Counted from the stretch's first letter, positions 28,539 through 38,966 are shown. The stretch is DNA of 64,000 nt from Candidatus Nomurabacteria bacterium (GCA_031425235.1 JANPIZ010000004.1:66251-130250); one strand, 5' to 3'. The notes: generated by a model from the letters alone, not told the origin. Numbers and translations: made by a program.

Positions 28539-28643
28539 TTTTTCTCCTAAGAACGAAATTAACCCGACTATCGAGCTGTGTTCTATAAATATGAATACCA
28601 TAAATTTCATCGCTCGTCAATTATGTCGAAAACTTAAAACCAT

Positions 28644-30263
28644 CTATTCTTGTATCAACCCAAGCTTTTTTAATCTTGAGCGTACGCCACCGGGTTGACG
28701 GCCAGTTATGGTGCATAAGTTTTTTATGGACTGATCAACTTCGAACAATTTTTTCAATTCCACGTCTTGTTCTTTACTCCATGATTTGTAGGCGTTTGGG
28801 TATATTTCCCGAATTTTCGCATACGGCTTTTCTTGCGACATTTCTGATATCGACGAAGCACTGCCTTTTTTTACTTTTTTAGTTTTATTAAAATTTCCTC
28901 CGCAAGCCAAAATAAAATTCTCGTGCATCTTTTTAATTTCTTCTTCGGGCATCTTACCAAAAAATTCGGCCGCTTGTATGGAACTTCGCTTGAACTCAAT
29001 ATCTTGTTCTAAAATTTCCGGATGTACTTTCAATGCTTGCTCATTGATACCAAGCAAGTACAAGCCTGAGAGTCTGCGGACTCGAGAAAGCGCTACGTAT
29101 CCCTGTCCATATTCAAATACTTGCGACAAATCCATAACTGCCGCATCCAAGCTCATACCTTGGCTTTTATGCACAGTGATAGCCCAGGCGAGGCGAAGTG
29201 GCACTTGTGAAATTTGTGCACGGATCTTACCATTTTCTTCGACAGTCCAATCCATTGCAGTTATTGTAATATTCTTTCCATCTCTCGTTTCAATAATTGG
29301 GTGACCACTAAACTCTTCGAATCCTACTACTACGCCCAGTGTGCCATTTACATATTTTTCCTTTTGATTGTTTTTGGTGCACATCACTACGGCACCTACC
29401 TTGAGTTCAAGTTTCTCTGGTGACAAGCAGCCTTTCTTGATCGTTTCGACAAGTTTATCATTGCCTGTTGAAATCATCTCGAATATCCGTGATCCTCCGT
29501 CGAGCTTTTCAAGCTCCCCGTTATTCACCCGATCCACATCCACATTATGCGAAAAAAGCTTGGTGATATTTTCTGGCATGTCATCAATATGTATGTGCCT
29601 ATTTGTAATATGATCCATGTGTTCCTCAGAAAAATCGTTCCGACGTATTGCGCTCAGCACCGAAAGAAATGCGGTGTCGTCCTGGCGATATTGCTCGGAA
29701 AGATAACACGTAATGAATTTAGCACGTTCCCATGCTCCTGAATCATAAGCAAACGTACCCATACGTTCTTCATCACCTAATAATGAGTTTTGTTTTTTCT
29801 GGTTGTCGTCTTTTGTCTCCCTTTTAAAAATTGGCGGTAATTGAAAAAAATCCCCTACGAGTACTATTTGTATCCCGCCGAACGGTTCAGGGTTTTGTTT
29901 TATTTCCCGGCACACCATATCCACCATGTCGAGTGTACTGGGTGAGAGCATCGATATTTCATCGATAATTAATACTTTTGTTTTGCGTACTCGCTTGCTG
30001 ATGTATTCGCTCGAAGCTATTTTATCCAAATCATATTTGTCTAATTTGTTTTTAATACCAATACCGCTCCACGAATGAATAGTCATACCCCCGATATGAG
30101 TCGCGGCAATACCTGTCGAAGCAGTAATAGCGGGATCAACCTCACACGAGCGTAAATACTCCACATACGCATTTACCGTATGTGTTTTCCCGGCACCTGG
30201 TTCCCCCGTCAAAAAAACATTAGCTCCAGTTTTTAATATGTTGAGTGCCTGCTCTTGAGTCAT
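28644..30263 (-). CDS. Pif1-family SF1B helicase
   Basis: VFLTGEPGAGKT, TASTGIAA, IIDEISM, PFGGIQIVLVGDFFQLPP, LAWAITVHKSQGMSLD, YVALSR. Confidence 0.93.
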   Translation of the reverse strand: MTQEQALNILKTGANVFLTGEPGAGKTHTVNAYVEYLRSCEVDPAITASTGIAATHIGGMTIHSWSGIGIKNKLDKYDLDKIASSEYISKRVRKTKVLIIDEISMLSPSTLDMVDMVCREIKQNPEPFGGIQIVLVGDFFQLPPIFKRETKDDNQKKQNSLLGDEERMGTFAYDSGAWERAKFITCYLSEQYRQDDTAFLSVLSAIRRNDFSEEHMDHITNRHIHIDDMPENITKLFSHNVDVDRVNNGELEKLDGGSRIFEMISTGNDKLVETIKKGCLSPEKLELKVGAVVMCTKNNQKEKYVNGTLGVVVGFEEFSGHPIIETRDGKNITITAMDWTVEENGKIRAQISQVPLRLAWAITVHKSQGMSLDAAVMDLSQVFEYGQGYVALSRVRRLSGLYLLGINEQALKVHPEILEQDIEFKRSSIQAAEFFGKMPEEEIKKMHENFILACGGNFNKTKKVKKGSASSISEMSQEKPYAKIREIYPNAYKSWSKEQDVELKKLFEVDQSIKNLCTITGRQPGGVRSRLKKLGLIQE

Positions 30264-30276
30264 TAGTATTATACTA

Positions 30277-32058
30277 CTACATTTTTTCTGGAGCTTGGAT
30301 ACCGAGCAGATGAAGCCCTGTTTTCATTATAAACGAAAATGCGTAGGTAAGAGTTATTTTATACGCTGAACTTTTGTCATCTTTACTCACAATGGTGTTA
30401 TTCGCATAAAAACTGTTAAACGATCTTGCAACTTCTATCAAATAATTCGCTATGTAGTGAGGCTCATATTCTCTCGCAGATCGTTCTACAACTTCATCAA
30501 ATGTATACAGCATTTTTTCAATTTCAAAAATTTCTGCTGGAAAGGCATGCGGGTCAGGGGAAATATTTTCTTTCTGTGACTTTTCTAATATAGATTTTGC
30601 TCGAGCATATGAATACTGAAGGTATGGACCCGAGTCTCCTTCAAATGAAATTGATTTGTCAAAATCGTATGCGATGTCCCCTCCAGTTGATTGTTTTAAG
30701 ATGGAGTATTTGAGCGCAGCGATACCGACGACTTCCGCGACTTTCGTTTTCTTTCCCCCGCCTGCACCAGCTATGCTGGAAGCATTGCGGGCAGGTTCAT
30801 CAGTCCATCTATCCTTCATTCGCTCTTCTACTAAATTAATAGTATCCCGAATCAAAGACTCGCCAGTAACCACATTCCCCTTTCGAGACGACATTTTACC
30901 CGAAGCCAAACGCATCATCCCGTGCGTAATGTGTTTCATTTTTGATTCGTATTCTGGATGAATAATGGAAATTGCTTTCGCGACTACCTTCATGTATTCC
31001 ATTTGTTCATTTGCAGTTACCACAATACTCAAATTCATTTCAGGCAACTTGGCAAACTTTTCCTCAGTTAATCCTAGTTCTTTTGTCTCGTAGGTAGGTA
31101 ATCCTTTCGAAGTCATGAAAACCCTGGTATGAAGTTTTGGGTCATATTTTTCCGCCTTGAAAACAACTGCTCCGTCGGAATCTTCAAAAATCATCTTGCT
31201 CCCAAGTGGGTCGATAGCTTTATTCATATTATCCTCGACCAGTTTTTGACCAAGCGGCGCTACGTAACTTTCCAAGAAATAATATTCAAATTTTGTGCCG
31301 AGTATTGTATACAAATCTTCAAACGCATTCATGGTCGCCTCAAAACCCCACGCATATATTTCATTTATCTTTTCATCACTCTTATCGTAAAGTTTTTTAT
31401 TTATTTCATCTATTTCGGCTTTCGCGTTTGGGTCATCTTCGTACAAGGCAGCGCCAGAAACATATGCCTCGCCGATGCGTGCCGCTTGGTCCGTGTGCGT
31501 ACCTGACCTGTCCTCAAGTCCTTTGTTTTTCAAAAGGCCGTATATCGCCTTGGCCACATGAAGGCCGACATCGCCTTGGTAGTTTGCGCGTGACACTACT
31601 GCTCCCGAATGTTCTAAAATAGTAGCTACTGATTCGCCAATCGCATTTGTCATCAAGTGACCTATGTGAAAAGGCTTGAATGGATTTGGATCAGTGTACT
31701 CTACCATTATTTTTTGACCTGAGAGAGTTTTGTTTTTACCAACCTCGTACCCTTTATTTACAATTTCTTCTACACTATGAGCAAAAAATTCACGTGATAA
31801 ATAGAAGTTTATAAACCCGGCCCCGGCGACCTCAATTTTTTCTATATGTGTATCTGTATTCAGTCGGAGCATTTCCGTAACTATTTTTTCAGCGAAATCT
31901 TTTGGATTCATCTGCACGCCCTTGGCTACAGCTAAAGCAATATTCGTAGAATAATCTCCCATTTTTAAATCAGCTGGATGTTCAAGAGTTATAGTACTCA
32001 CCTCTATGTTGAGATTTTGAAGTGCGTCTTGTATTAATTTTTTTATATTAGCGTGCAT
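30277..32058 (-). CDS. argS: Arginyl-tRNA synthetase
   Basis: GDYSTN, GAGFINF, VEYTDPNPFKPFHIGH, KMSSRKG, FEGDSGPYLQYSYAR; start set at MHANIK. Confidence 0.97.
   Translation of the reverse strand: MHANIKKLIQDALQNLNIEVSTITLEHPADLKMGDYSTNIALAVAKGVQMNPKDFAEKIVTEMLRLNTDTHIEKIEVAGAGFINFYLSREFFAHSVEEIVNKGYEVGKNKTLSGQKIMVEYTDPNPFKPFHIGHLMTNAIGESVATILEHSGAVVSRANYQGDVGLHVAKAIYGLLKNKGLEDRSGTHTDQAARIGEAYVSGAALYEDDPNAKAEIDEINKKLYDKSDEKINEIYAWGFEATMNAFEDLYTILGTKFEYYFLESYVAPLGQKLVEDNMNKAIDPLGSKMIFEDSDGAVVFKAEKYDPKLHTRVFMTSKGLPTYETKELGLTEEKFAKLPEMNLSIVVTANEQMEYMKVVAKAISIIHPEYESKMKHITHGMMRLASGKMSSRKGNVVTGESLIRDTINLVEERMKDRWTDEPARNASSIAGAGGGKKTKVAEVVGIAALKYSILKQSTGGDIAYDFDKSISFEGDSGPYLQYSYARAKSILEKSQKENISPDPHAFPAEIFEIEKMLYTFDEVVERSAREYEPHYIANYLIEVARSFNSFYANNTIVSKDDKSSAYKITLTYAFSFIMKTGLHLLGIQAPEKM
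30757..30795 (-). repeat. Family B element, copy 4, in frame in argS (PARNASSIAGAGG)
   Basis: CCTGCCCGCAATGCTTCCAGCATAGCTGGTGCAGGCGGG on the minus strand. Confidence 0.95.
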
Positions 32059-32062
32059 AAAT

Positions 32063-32485
32063 TTATTTTCTTCCCGTACTCCCAAATTTACCTTCACCAC
32101 GAGCTGAGTCACTTAATACCTCGACTTCTTCCAGCTCGCCGATGACTATAGGTATTATAACAAGTTGAGAAACTTTATCACCTTCTTCAAATGTATAAGG
32201 TTCGCTCGAAAGGTTTACTAGTAAGGTATTGTATTCGCCTCTATATCCTGCATCAAACACACCACCCATGTGTGTAAGCCCAGCTTTAGAGATACTACCT
32301 TTATCCATAATGATTCCTGCATAACCTTCAGGGAATTCTAACGCAAATCCATGCCAGAAGCGATAATGTTCCCCTGGCCCCACCGTCACTGTTTCCATAG
32401 CATACATATCCATACCCACATCACCCGGATGATGGTAAGTCGGCAACTTGGCTCCATCTTTTAATTTTTTTATTCTGATTTTCAT
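32063..32485 (-). CDS. dut: dUTP diphosphatase
   Basis: GMDMYA, GGVFDAGYRGE, GDKVSQLVI, RGEGKFGSTG. Confidence 0.95.
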   Translation of the reverse strand: MKIRIKKLKDGAKLPTYHHPGDVGMDMYAMETVTVGPGEHYRFWHGFALEFPEGYAGIIMDKGSISKAGLTHMGGVFDAGYRGEYNTLLVNLSSEPYTFEEGDKVSQLVIIPIVIGELEEVEVLSDSARGEGKFGSTGRK

Positions 32486-32964
32486 TGAAATATATCTTTA
32501 TAGGTTTTAAAATTTGTTAGAAACATTTCTGGTTTTTCTTCCAATAATTTATCTACCTCATTTTTTGTAAACCATCTTATTTCTTCAACTTCGTCATCTT
32601 GTTTCTTAAAGGGGTAGTTGTGCTCAATCACTGCAGTAAACCATTGAACAAAATATTCATGACTTGTAGATCTCCTAATTTTTTGCCCTACTAGTGGCTT
32701 AAAACCAGTCAGCCCTATTTCCTCTTCTGCTTCTTTAATAACGTTTGACTCGTATGTTTCTCCCTCTTCTACCGTACCTGCCACCGCTGGGCCCCACAGC
32801 CCCGGATCATGTTTTTTACTTAGCGCTCTTTGTGCAAGTAATATATTACCTTCCTGGTCGGTTATCCAGAGACCAGTTACTCGACAAATATGCTTTGAGT
32901 CTCGTTCACGTCTGTCTTTGTATCCTATTATTTCATCTTGTTCATTTACAATTGGAATTTTCAT
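32482..32964 (-). CDS. NUDIX hydrolase (IPP-isomerase-like clade)
   Basis: LLAQR...K...PGLW...AGTVEEGETYE....KEAEEEIG. Confidence 0.88.
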   Translation of the reverse strand: MKIPIVNEQDEIIGYKDRRERDSKHICRVTGLWITDQEGNILLAQRALSKKHDPGLWGPAVAGTVEEGETYESNVIKEAEEEIGLTGFKPLVGQKIRRSTSHEYFVQWFTAVIEHNYPFKKQDDEVEEIRWFTKNEVDKLLEEKPEMFLTNFKTYKDIFQ

Positions 32965-32965
32965 A

Positions 32966-33658
32966 TTACTTTACAATTTTTTTAACTTTTTCGTATATTT
33001 CTTTGTGGATTTCTTCACGTGTACCCATGACACCATCTTTCACACACTCTATCTTGATCCAGCCTTTTTGTGTCTTTGCGAGCCAAAGAGCTGTCTTGTT
33101 TGAATTTGTAAGATATGGAATATTACCTTCTACTATATCTTTCTTTTTACCCGTATATGCACGACTAGATACTTTATTTCTTTCTTTTATTAACCTTAAA
33201 ATTATATTGAGTGGAACATTTAAATAAAACACAGCATCAGGTTTTGGGATTTTAAAAACTTTATATTCCATTTCCTCTTGCCATTTTATAAAATTCAAAC
33301 GTTTTTTGGGATTGGAAATTTTCCCCCCTTGGTGAATCTGGTTTGCGCTCACATATCTGTTTGCCAGAACAATGTAACCTTTTGTGAGCCATTCTTCTAT
33401 TTTCTTAGATGATTCCCATCTATCTGCAGCATAAGCTATAGAAGCAATCTTTGGATGTACGTTGATCCAATTGTAATATTGCTCTGAAAGACAGTGACCA
33501 ATGAATTTTCCAAAGAAATTTTTATAATATTCCGGAAAATCAAGCAATTTTACAGTATACCCTTCTTTTGTAAGTCTTTTTTGTAAGAGTTTTACTTGAG
33601 TAGATTTACCACTTCCGTCGGTGCCATCTATTACAATCAATTTACCTTTATGTACCAT
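32966..33658 (-). CDS. tmk: Thymidylate kinase
   Basis: LIVIDGTDGSGKSTQ, YAADR, NRYVSAN..HQG, PD..FYL. Confidence 0.9.
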   Translation of the reverse strand: MVHKGKLIVIDGTDGSGKSTQVKLLQKRLTKEGYTVKLLDFPEYYKNFFGKFIGHCLSEQYYNWINVHPKIASIAYAADRWESSKKIEEWLTKGYIVLANRYVSANQIHQGGKISNPKKRLNFIKWQEEMEYKVFKIPKPDAVFYLNVPLNIILRLIKERNKVSSRAYTGKKKDIVEGNIPYLTNSNKTALWLAKTQKGWIKIECVKDGVMGTREEIHKEIYEKVKKIVK

Positions 33659-33701
33659 CTAGAAAATATACCAGAAAAATGCTTGAATTGAAAATTGTGT
33701 T

Positions 33702-34175
33702 TTATTTACTAAGTTCTTTTAGTGCTTCTGTTGCATAAAAAAGTACATTTGGTACTAATTCCATTGATCCAAGTTCTTCTTTGCTCACCCAGCGAGTTTC
33801 TGATTTTTCATGATCGCTCAGAGAATCTAAAATTTTATCTGTGTCTGATGTAGCAAAATAAACAAAAGCGATATGTTCATGGGTGTCAGATGCTGGATGC
33901 CTTCCTAGGTAGCGTGGTGGAATTAAGTATTTATATCCCCTATTTTCTTTTACACCATGTAGTGGGCCCTGTGCATCACCGACAATTTTAATATCAAGTC
34001 CCACTTCTTCTTTTACCTCACGAATAGCTGCCTCGTTTGGATCTTCATCGAGCTCAATGTGTCCACCAACAGAAAGCCATATCTTATATTTATCATGCAT
34101 ACGCAATAAAACTTTATTTTTATGTACAATAAAAACTTCGGCAGTGAAATCAATTTTTTCGTGAATATGTGGCAT
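33702..34175 (-). CDS. NUDIX hydrolase
   Basis: GGHIELDEDPNEAAIREVKEEVG. Confidence 0.92.
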   Translation of the reverse strand: MPHIHEKIDFTAEVFIVHKNKVLLRMHDKYKIWLSVGGHIELDEDPNEAAIREVKEEVGLDIKIVGDAQGPLHGVKENRGYKYLIPPRYLGRHPASDTHEHIAFVYFATSDTDKILDSLSDHEKSETRWVSKEELGSMELVPNVLFYATEALKELSK

Positions 34176-34191
34176 GTTGCTTTACGCTACT

Positions 34192-34608
34192 TTAATTAAG
34201 TAAAGTAAACAAATCATTTTCTGCTAAAAGTTTTTTAATATATGAATCTATTGGTTCTAGATCGGAAATCTCATCCAAACTAAACCATTTATACTTTGAG
34301 TGTTCCTCACTTAATATAATTTCCCCCTCTCCATGCCCAACATAAATCAAACGAACAACATGGTAACCTTCTTTGATAATATCTTGCCCTTTAATTAACT
34401 TAGGTTCGCCCATGATCTCAAGACCTGTTTCTTCCATGACTTCTCTTTTTAGATTATCAATTAAAGAAAATCCTTTATTGATCCGTCCACCCGGCATATC
34501 CCAATACTCTCTGTGGGGTGTTGGCTTATTTTCAAATGAGCGAAAAAGTAAAAGATATTTATTATCTTTATTCTTTAGAAAAATTTTCACCCCAACTTGT
34601 AGTTCCAT
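34192..34608 (-). CDS. NUDIX hydrolase
   Basis: WDMPGGRI...LKREVMEETG. Confidence 0.92.
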   Translation of the reverse strand: MELQVGVKIFLKNKDNKYLLLFRSFENKPTPHREYWDMPGGRINKGFSLIDNLKREVMEETGLEIMGEPKLIKGQDIIKEGYHVVRLIYVGHGEGEIILSEEHSKYKWFSLDEISDLEPIDSYIKKLLAENDLFTLLN

Positions 34609-34613
34609 AAATT

Positions 34614-35858
34614 TTATACAAACTTCTTTGGTATCGGAAACTTTTTAGCGAGTTTTTGAATTTCTTTGTGTACGTTTTGTTTTACTTTTTTATCGTCCTT
34701 ATTTTTGAGAACTTCGATCATCAGTTCAGCGACTCGCTTGCATTCTTTCTCTTTAAAACCTCGCGTAGTTATCGCTGGTGTACCAAATCGAATGCCGGAC
34801 GGATCGAGTGGTTTTCGCGTGTCCCCTGCAATTGAATTCATGTTGAGAGTGATGCCAACTTCATCAAGCACTGTTTGCGCTTCTTTACCTGTAACTCCAA
34901 GTGAACCAAACACATCAGCCAAGATAAGGTGATTATCAGTACCACCACCAATCATACGAATTTTATTTTTCTTGAAAACTTCCGCCATTGCTTTGGCGTT
35001 TTTTAATATTTGCTTAGCATAGATTTTGTACCTTGGAGTCATTGCTTCTCCGAATGCTACTGCCTTCGCGGCAATAGTATGCATGTGCGGGCCGCCTTGA
35101 ATACCAGGAAAAATTGATTTATCTATCTTTTTTGCTATGTCTTCATTTTCCCGAGTGAGAATGATTCCCCCGCGTGGCCCACGAAGGGTTTTGTGGGTAG
35201 TTGAAGTTATAATATCAAATCCATCTGCAAAGGGGTTGCGAAGCGCACCAGCTGCGATAAGCCCCGCGATGTGGGCCATGTCTGCCATAGTAATAGCGCC
35301 TACTTCTTTGGCAATATCTACAAATTTTTTGTAATCCAAGGTTCTCGAATATGCGGAAAATCCGGCGAGAATTATTTTAGGCTTATGCTCGAGGGCCTGG
35401 CGATGCAAATCTGCATAATCAATCTCACCTGTTTCGGGATCTTTCATTTTATAGGTAACGAATTTATATATCTTTGCGGGAAGAGTCATAGGATGTCCGT
35501 GTGTAAGGTGCCCACCATGCGACAAGTCCATACCGAGTACTGTATCTCCAGGATTTAAAAGGGCTGCATATACTGCCAGGTTTGCCGGAGCGCCAGAATG
35601 GGGTTGGACGTTTGCGTATTTAGACTTAAAAAGTTTGCATGCACGCTCGATAGCAAGACGTTCTACTTGATCAGTAAAATCTTGCCCTCCGTAATACCTT
35701 CTGCCTGGATAACCCTCAGAATATTTATTGGTAAACACAGAGCCATTGGCTTCAAGCACATCTTGCGATACATAGTTTTCAGAAGGAATGAGTTCCAGTC
35801 CTTCTTTTTGGCGCTTTTCCTCACCTTTTATGAGTTTTTCAATTTTTTTATCTTTCAT
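34614..35858 (-). CDS. glyA: Serine hydroxymethyltransferase
   Basis: LIPSENY, NKYSEGYPGRRYYGG, TSTTHKTLRGPRGG. Confidence 0.98.
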   Translation of the reverse strand: MKDKKIEKLIKGEEKRQKEGLELIPSENYVSQDVLEANGSVFTNKYSEGYPGRRYYGGQDFTDQVERLAIERACKLFKSKYANVQPHSGAPANLAVYAALLNPGDTVLGMDLSHGGHLTHGHPMTLPAKIYKFVTYKMKDPETGEIDYADLHRQALEHKPKIILAGFSAYSRTLDYKKFVDIAKEVGAITMADMAHIAGLIAAGALRNPFADGFDIITSTTHKTLRGPRGGIILTRENEDIAKKIDKSIFPGIQGGPHMHTIAAKAVAFGEAMTPRYKIYAKQILKNAKAMAEVFKKNKIRMIGGGTDNHLILADVFGSLGVTGKEAQTVLDEVGITLNMNSIAGDTRKPLDPSGIRFGTPAITTRGFKEKECKRVAELMIEVLKNKDDKKVKQNVHKEIQKLAKKFPIPKKFV

Positions 35859-35879
35859 AAATTTATTATATCACAGGGT

Positions 35880-35997
35880 TAGAAATTATTAGAAACTAAG
35901 TTTTTAGGGGGTTTGAAGCGCGCCGGCGCGGAAACTTCAGGATTTTTAGAGCTCTAAAAATCCGTACCCTAGAAAATTTAGTTTAAAGTAATTTCTA
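35880..35997 (-). repeat. Family C structured element, copy 2
   Basis: Perfect palindrome GGATTTTTAGAGCTCTAAAAATCC (35940-35963), CGCGCCGGCGCG (35919-35930), about 30-bp imperfect terminal arms. Confidence 0.75.
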
Positions 35998-36864
35998 TTT
36001 TTGAAAACTAAAGCTCTCTTTTTGACCATCAGATTTCATGATTATAGTGCCGACTAAGTCAGTTCGAAAAATTTTTACTCCAAGTTGAGTCAGGGTTTCA
36101 AGGGTTTGGGGATGAGGGTGTCCGTACGTATTATCTTTACCATTTGATACTAGTGCATACATTGGCCTGACAGCCTCCACAAAATCACTTGAGGTTGAAG
36201 TGCGCGAACCATGGTGTCCTACTTTCAAGACACTACTCTGTAGTCCTGATTGTGAAAATTCGCTAAGAATTATTTTTTCTGTTTCGGACGTTGCGTCACC
36301 AGTTAACATGATTGAAGTATTCCCATATGTAAGCTTGGCAACAATTGAACCATCATTACTATCCCACATCGACACATCACGATCAGGAAATAAAATATCT
36401 ATTACTGCCCCACCACCTATATCGAGCCGCATTCCTTTTTTAAGTAACATATTTGGAATATTTTTATTTTTTATTTGTTCTTGAAGGTTTTGATACGTTT
36501 TCGAATCATTGAACGTTCCGGGTTCAAACACCTGTCCAACTTTATAGGTTTTCAAAATATCATTGTAGCCTCCTATATGGTCGCTGTCAGGATTTGTAAT
36601 CACAATAGCGTCGACGTGTCTATCAAATGGCGATATTACCCTTGCAAGCTTGCCCAATATTTTTTTGGGCGGACCAGCATCAAATAAAATTTGAGTGCCC
36701 GTTGGAGACTCGATAAAAATTCCATCACCTTGCCCAATATCAAGCATCACAAATGTGAGGTCGTGATTTTGTTCTTTAGAATGAAGGTGAAATAGATATA
36801 TATTTACCACAACAAGCATTAGACACATTGCCAACAGAATATATGCTTTAGAGCGTACCGGCAT
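35995..36864 (-). CDS. ComEC-type metallo-beta-lactamase domain protein
   Basis: LDIGQGD, DAGP, TNPDSDHIGG, LTGDA, LKVGHHGSRTS, YGHPH. Confidence 0.92.
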   Translation of the reverse strand: MPVRSKAYILLAMCLMLVVVNIYLFHLHSKEQNHDLTFVMLDIGQGDGIFIESPTGTQILFDAGPPKKILGKLARVISPFDRHVDAIVITNPDSDHIGGYNDILKTYKVGQVFEPGTFNDSKTYQNLQEQIKNKNIPNMLLKKGMRLDIGGGAVIDILFPDRDVSMWDSNDGSIVAKLTYGNTSIMLTGDATSETEKIILSEFSQSGLQSSVLKVGHHGSRTSTSSDFVEAVRPMYALVSNGKDNTYGHPHPQTLETLTQLGVKIFRTDLVGTIIMKSDGQKESFSFQK

Positions 36865-36904
36865 GTTACAATAATAACATATTAATAATTAATAAATAAA
36901 AACC

Positions 36905-37498
36905 ATGAAAACATTCACTATCAAAACTTTTAACATCGCAAAACTCAAAGGAATCTCGGACGAAAATGTTGCCGATCACTTGAAACTCTATGCCGGATAC
37001 GTAAACAATGCCAACTTAATTTTAAAAAAAATCGAAGAACTTTCAGAAGATAGTGAAAAAAATGCGTATGAGATTGCCGAAGTGCAAAGAAGATTTGGCT
37101 TTGAATACGATGGTATCAGAAACCATGAAATATATTTTGAAACATTATCTAACGGCGCAAAAGAAATAAATAAAGATGGCGAATTGTATAAAGCTATCGA
37201 GGTTACGTGGGGTTCGTTTGATAAATGGCTCGCAAGATTTAAAGCAATAGCCATGAGTCGTGGCATAGGCTGGGCAATGCTCTACTATGACAAAAAAGAG
37301 GATATGCTTTTAAATGCCTATGTGGGAGATCACGAACTCGGACAGCTCTCCGGCTGTGCGCCCATCATAGCACTCGACCTATGGGAACATGCCTACATTT
37401 CAGATTATGCACCAGGTGGCAAAAAAGACTACGTAGAAGACTTTTTCTTCAATCTAAACTGGGAAGCTGTGGAGAAAAATTTTACAGAGGCTCAGTAA
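36905..37498 (+). CDS. Fe/Mn superoxide dismutase
   Basis: DHLKLYAGYV, NHEIYF, GIGWA, LDLWEHAY. Confidence 0.92.
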   Translation: MKTFTIKTFNIAKLKGISDENVADHLKLYAGYVNNANLILKKIEELSEDSEKNAYEIAEVQRRFGFEYDGIRNHEIYFETLSNGAKEINKDGELYKAIEVTWGSFDKWLARFKAIAMSRGIGWAMLYYDKKEDMLLNAYVGDHELGQLSGCAPIIALDLWEHAYISDYAPGGKKDYVEDFFFNLNWEAVEKNFTEAQ

Positions 37499-38957
37499 AA
37501 AAACTTTTTATACTCCTTCCAAAAAGCATATATATGAAATATATGTAAATTATTAGTGTCAGAACAAGTGGAAAATTTGGAATGGTAAACGACGCAAATG
37601 GTATATGCGCGAAGAAATTAATAACAGCAAGCTCGTAATGTAATAAAAGATATGAAATATACCCAAATGGCACTGCTAATATATAGGAGAAAAATCCCAC
37701 AAACCCAGTCAAAAATCCGAGCAACATAGTAATAGGAATAAATGGCAAAATAAGAATATTGGCTGGCAATGCAACCAAGGAAAGATTACCCATTTTGTAG
37801 ATAATAAAAGGTAAAACAAAAATGTATGCTGCTGTAGTGACAGACACTATGTCTCGCAATTGAAAAGTTTTTGGCACCCAGGCAAAATATTTCTCGATAC
37901 GAGGTGTGAAAAATATCACCGCAATAGTAGCTATGAAAGAAAGTTGAAACGATACGTCGTACACGAGCACAAAGGGATTAAAAACGATCATTAACACTCC
38001 CGCCAGAATGAGCGCGCGACCAATATCATAATTCCGACCTGTTGCCCGTGCAATTAAAACTAAAATTGCCATAATGCCTGCGCGAATAGCAGTCGAGTTC
38101 GCACCCGTCATTAAGACAAAAAGAAATATAGCAAAAATACCCATGCTGATACTGACACTTTGTGGAAAATATGAAAATAATTTCATAAACCATTCGGCAA
38201 TTATTGTCACATTGTATCCAGAAAGTGCAACAATGTGTATAGTCCCAGTATTTACAAAATTAGTACGAAGCTCTTCACTAAAAGCAGATTTCTCACCCAA
38301 GATAAGTCCTCCCATGAGTAAATTCTCTGGTTCACGTATAGTAAAATTAATTTTTTCTAAAAATTTTTCTTTGATAAAAAATAGGGCGCTTTTTATTTTA
38401 TAACCATTACCACTCGAAACAACATCAACTTGTGCATAATTCATTGCATAGAAAATTCCGTCTTTACGCAAATAGTTTACATAATCAAACTCTTTGCCTT
38501 GATCGGTCATAAAATTCTCCGGCTTTTGTAATGTACCTTCTATGATCACCTCATCACCATAATTAAAATTATCACCAAAATTCACGCTGGTTAAAATTTT
38601 AGTATGCTGTCCATCTTCTTGCACTTCGACCGTAAGTTTTTGATTTTTTTCTCGTATGTCTGGTGCATCTATTATCATTCCAGATAAAGAAACTTTTTGT
38701 CCTACTCGCGATTCAAAAATATATGGAGCTAATATATCCACAGTGTGAAATCTAAAAATTCCAAGAGAGAATGCAAGGATGAACACAGAGCATACTATGC
38801 CCCCTGTATTTTTTGAAATAAAAGTAAATATTAAAAATAAAGCGATCGCAATAATTCCTATAAAAATAGTGGTAAAAATATTTACAAATAAAAAAGAGCG
38901 CAAAAGCACTCCGATAATAAATCCAAAACATATTGAGTAAAAAATTCTATCCTGCAT
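37482..38957 (-). CDS. comEC: Competence DNA channel ComEC (OB plus competence domains)
   Basis: GTIHIVALSGYNV, SAIRA-like motif, FQLSFIAT, multiple TM helices. Confidence 0.93.
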   Translation of the reverse strand: MQDRIFYSICFGFIIGVLLRSFLFVNIFTTIFIGIIAIALFLIFTFISKNTGGIVCSVFILAFSLGIFRFHTVDILAPYIFESRVGQKVSLSGMIIDAPDIREKNQKLTVEVQEDGQHTKILTSVNFGDNFNYGDEVIIEGTLQKPENFMTDQGKEFDYVNYLRKDGIFYAMNYAQVDVVSSGNGYKIKSALFFIKEKFLEKINFTIREPENLLMGGLILGEKSAFSEELRTNFVNTGTIHIVALSGYNVTIIAEWFMKLFSYFPQSVSISMGIFAIFLFVLMTGANSTAIRAGIMAILVLIARATGRNYDIGRALILAGVLMIVFNPFVLVYDVSFQLSFIATIAVIFFTPRIEKYFAWVPKTFQLRDIVSVTTAAYIFVLPFIIYKMGNLSLVALPANILILPFIPITMLLGFLTGFVGFFSYILAVPFGYISYLLLHYELAVINFFAHIPFASFTIPNFPLVLTLIIYIYFIYMLFGRSIKSFFTEPL

Positions 38958-38966
38958 GTTAAATAT

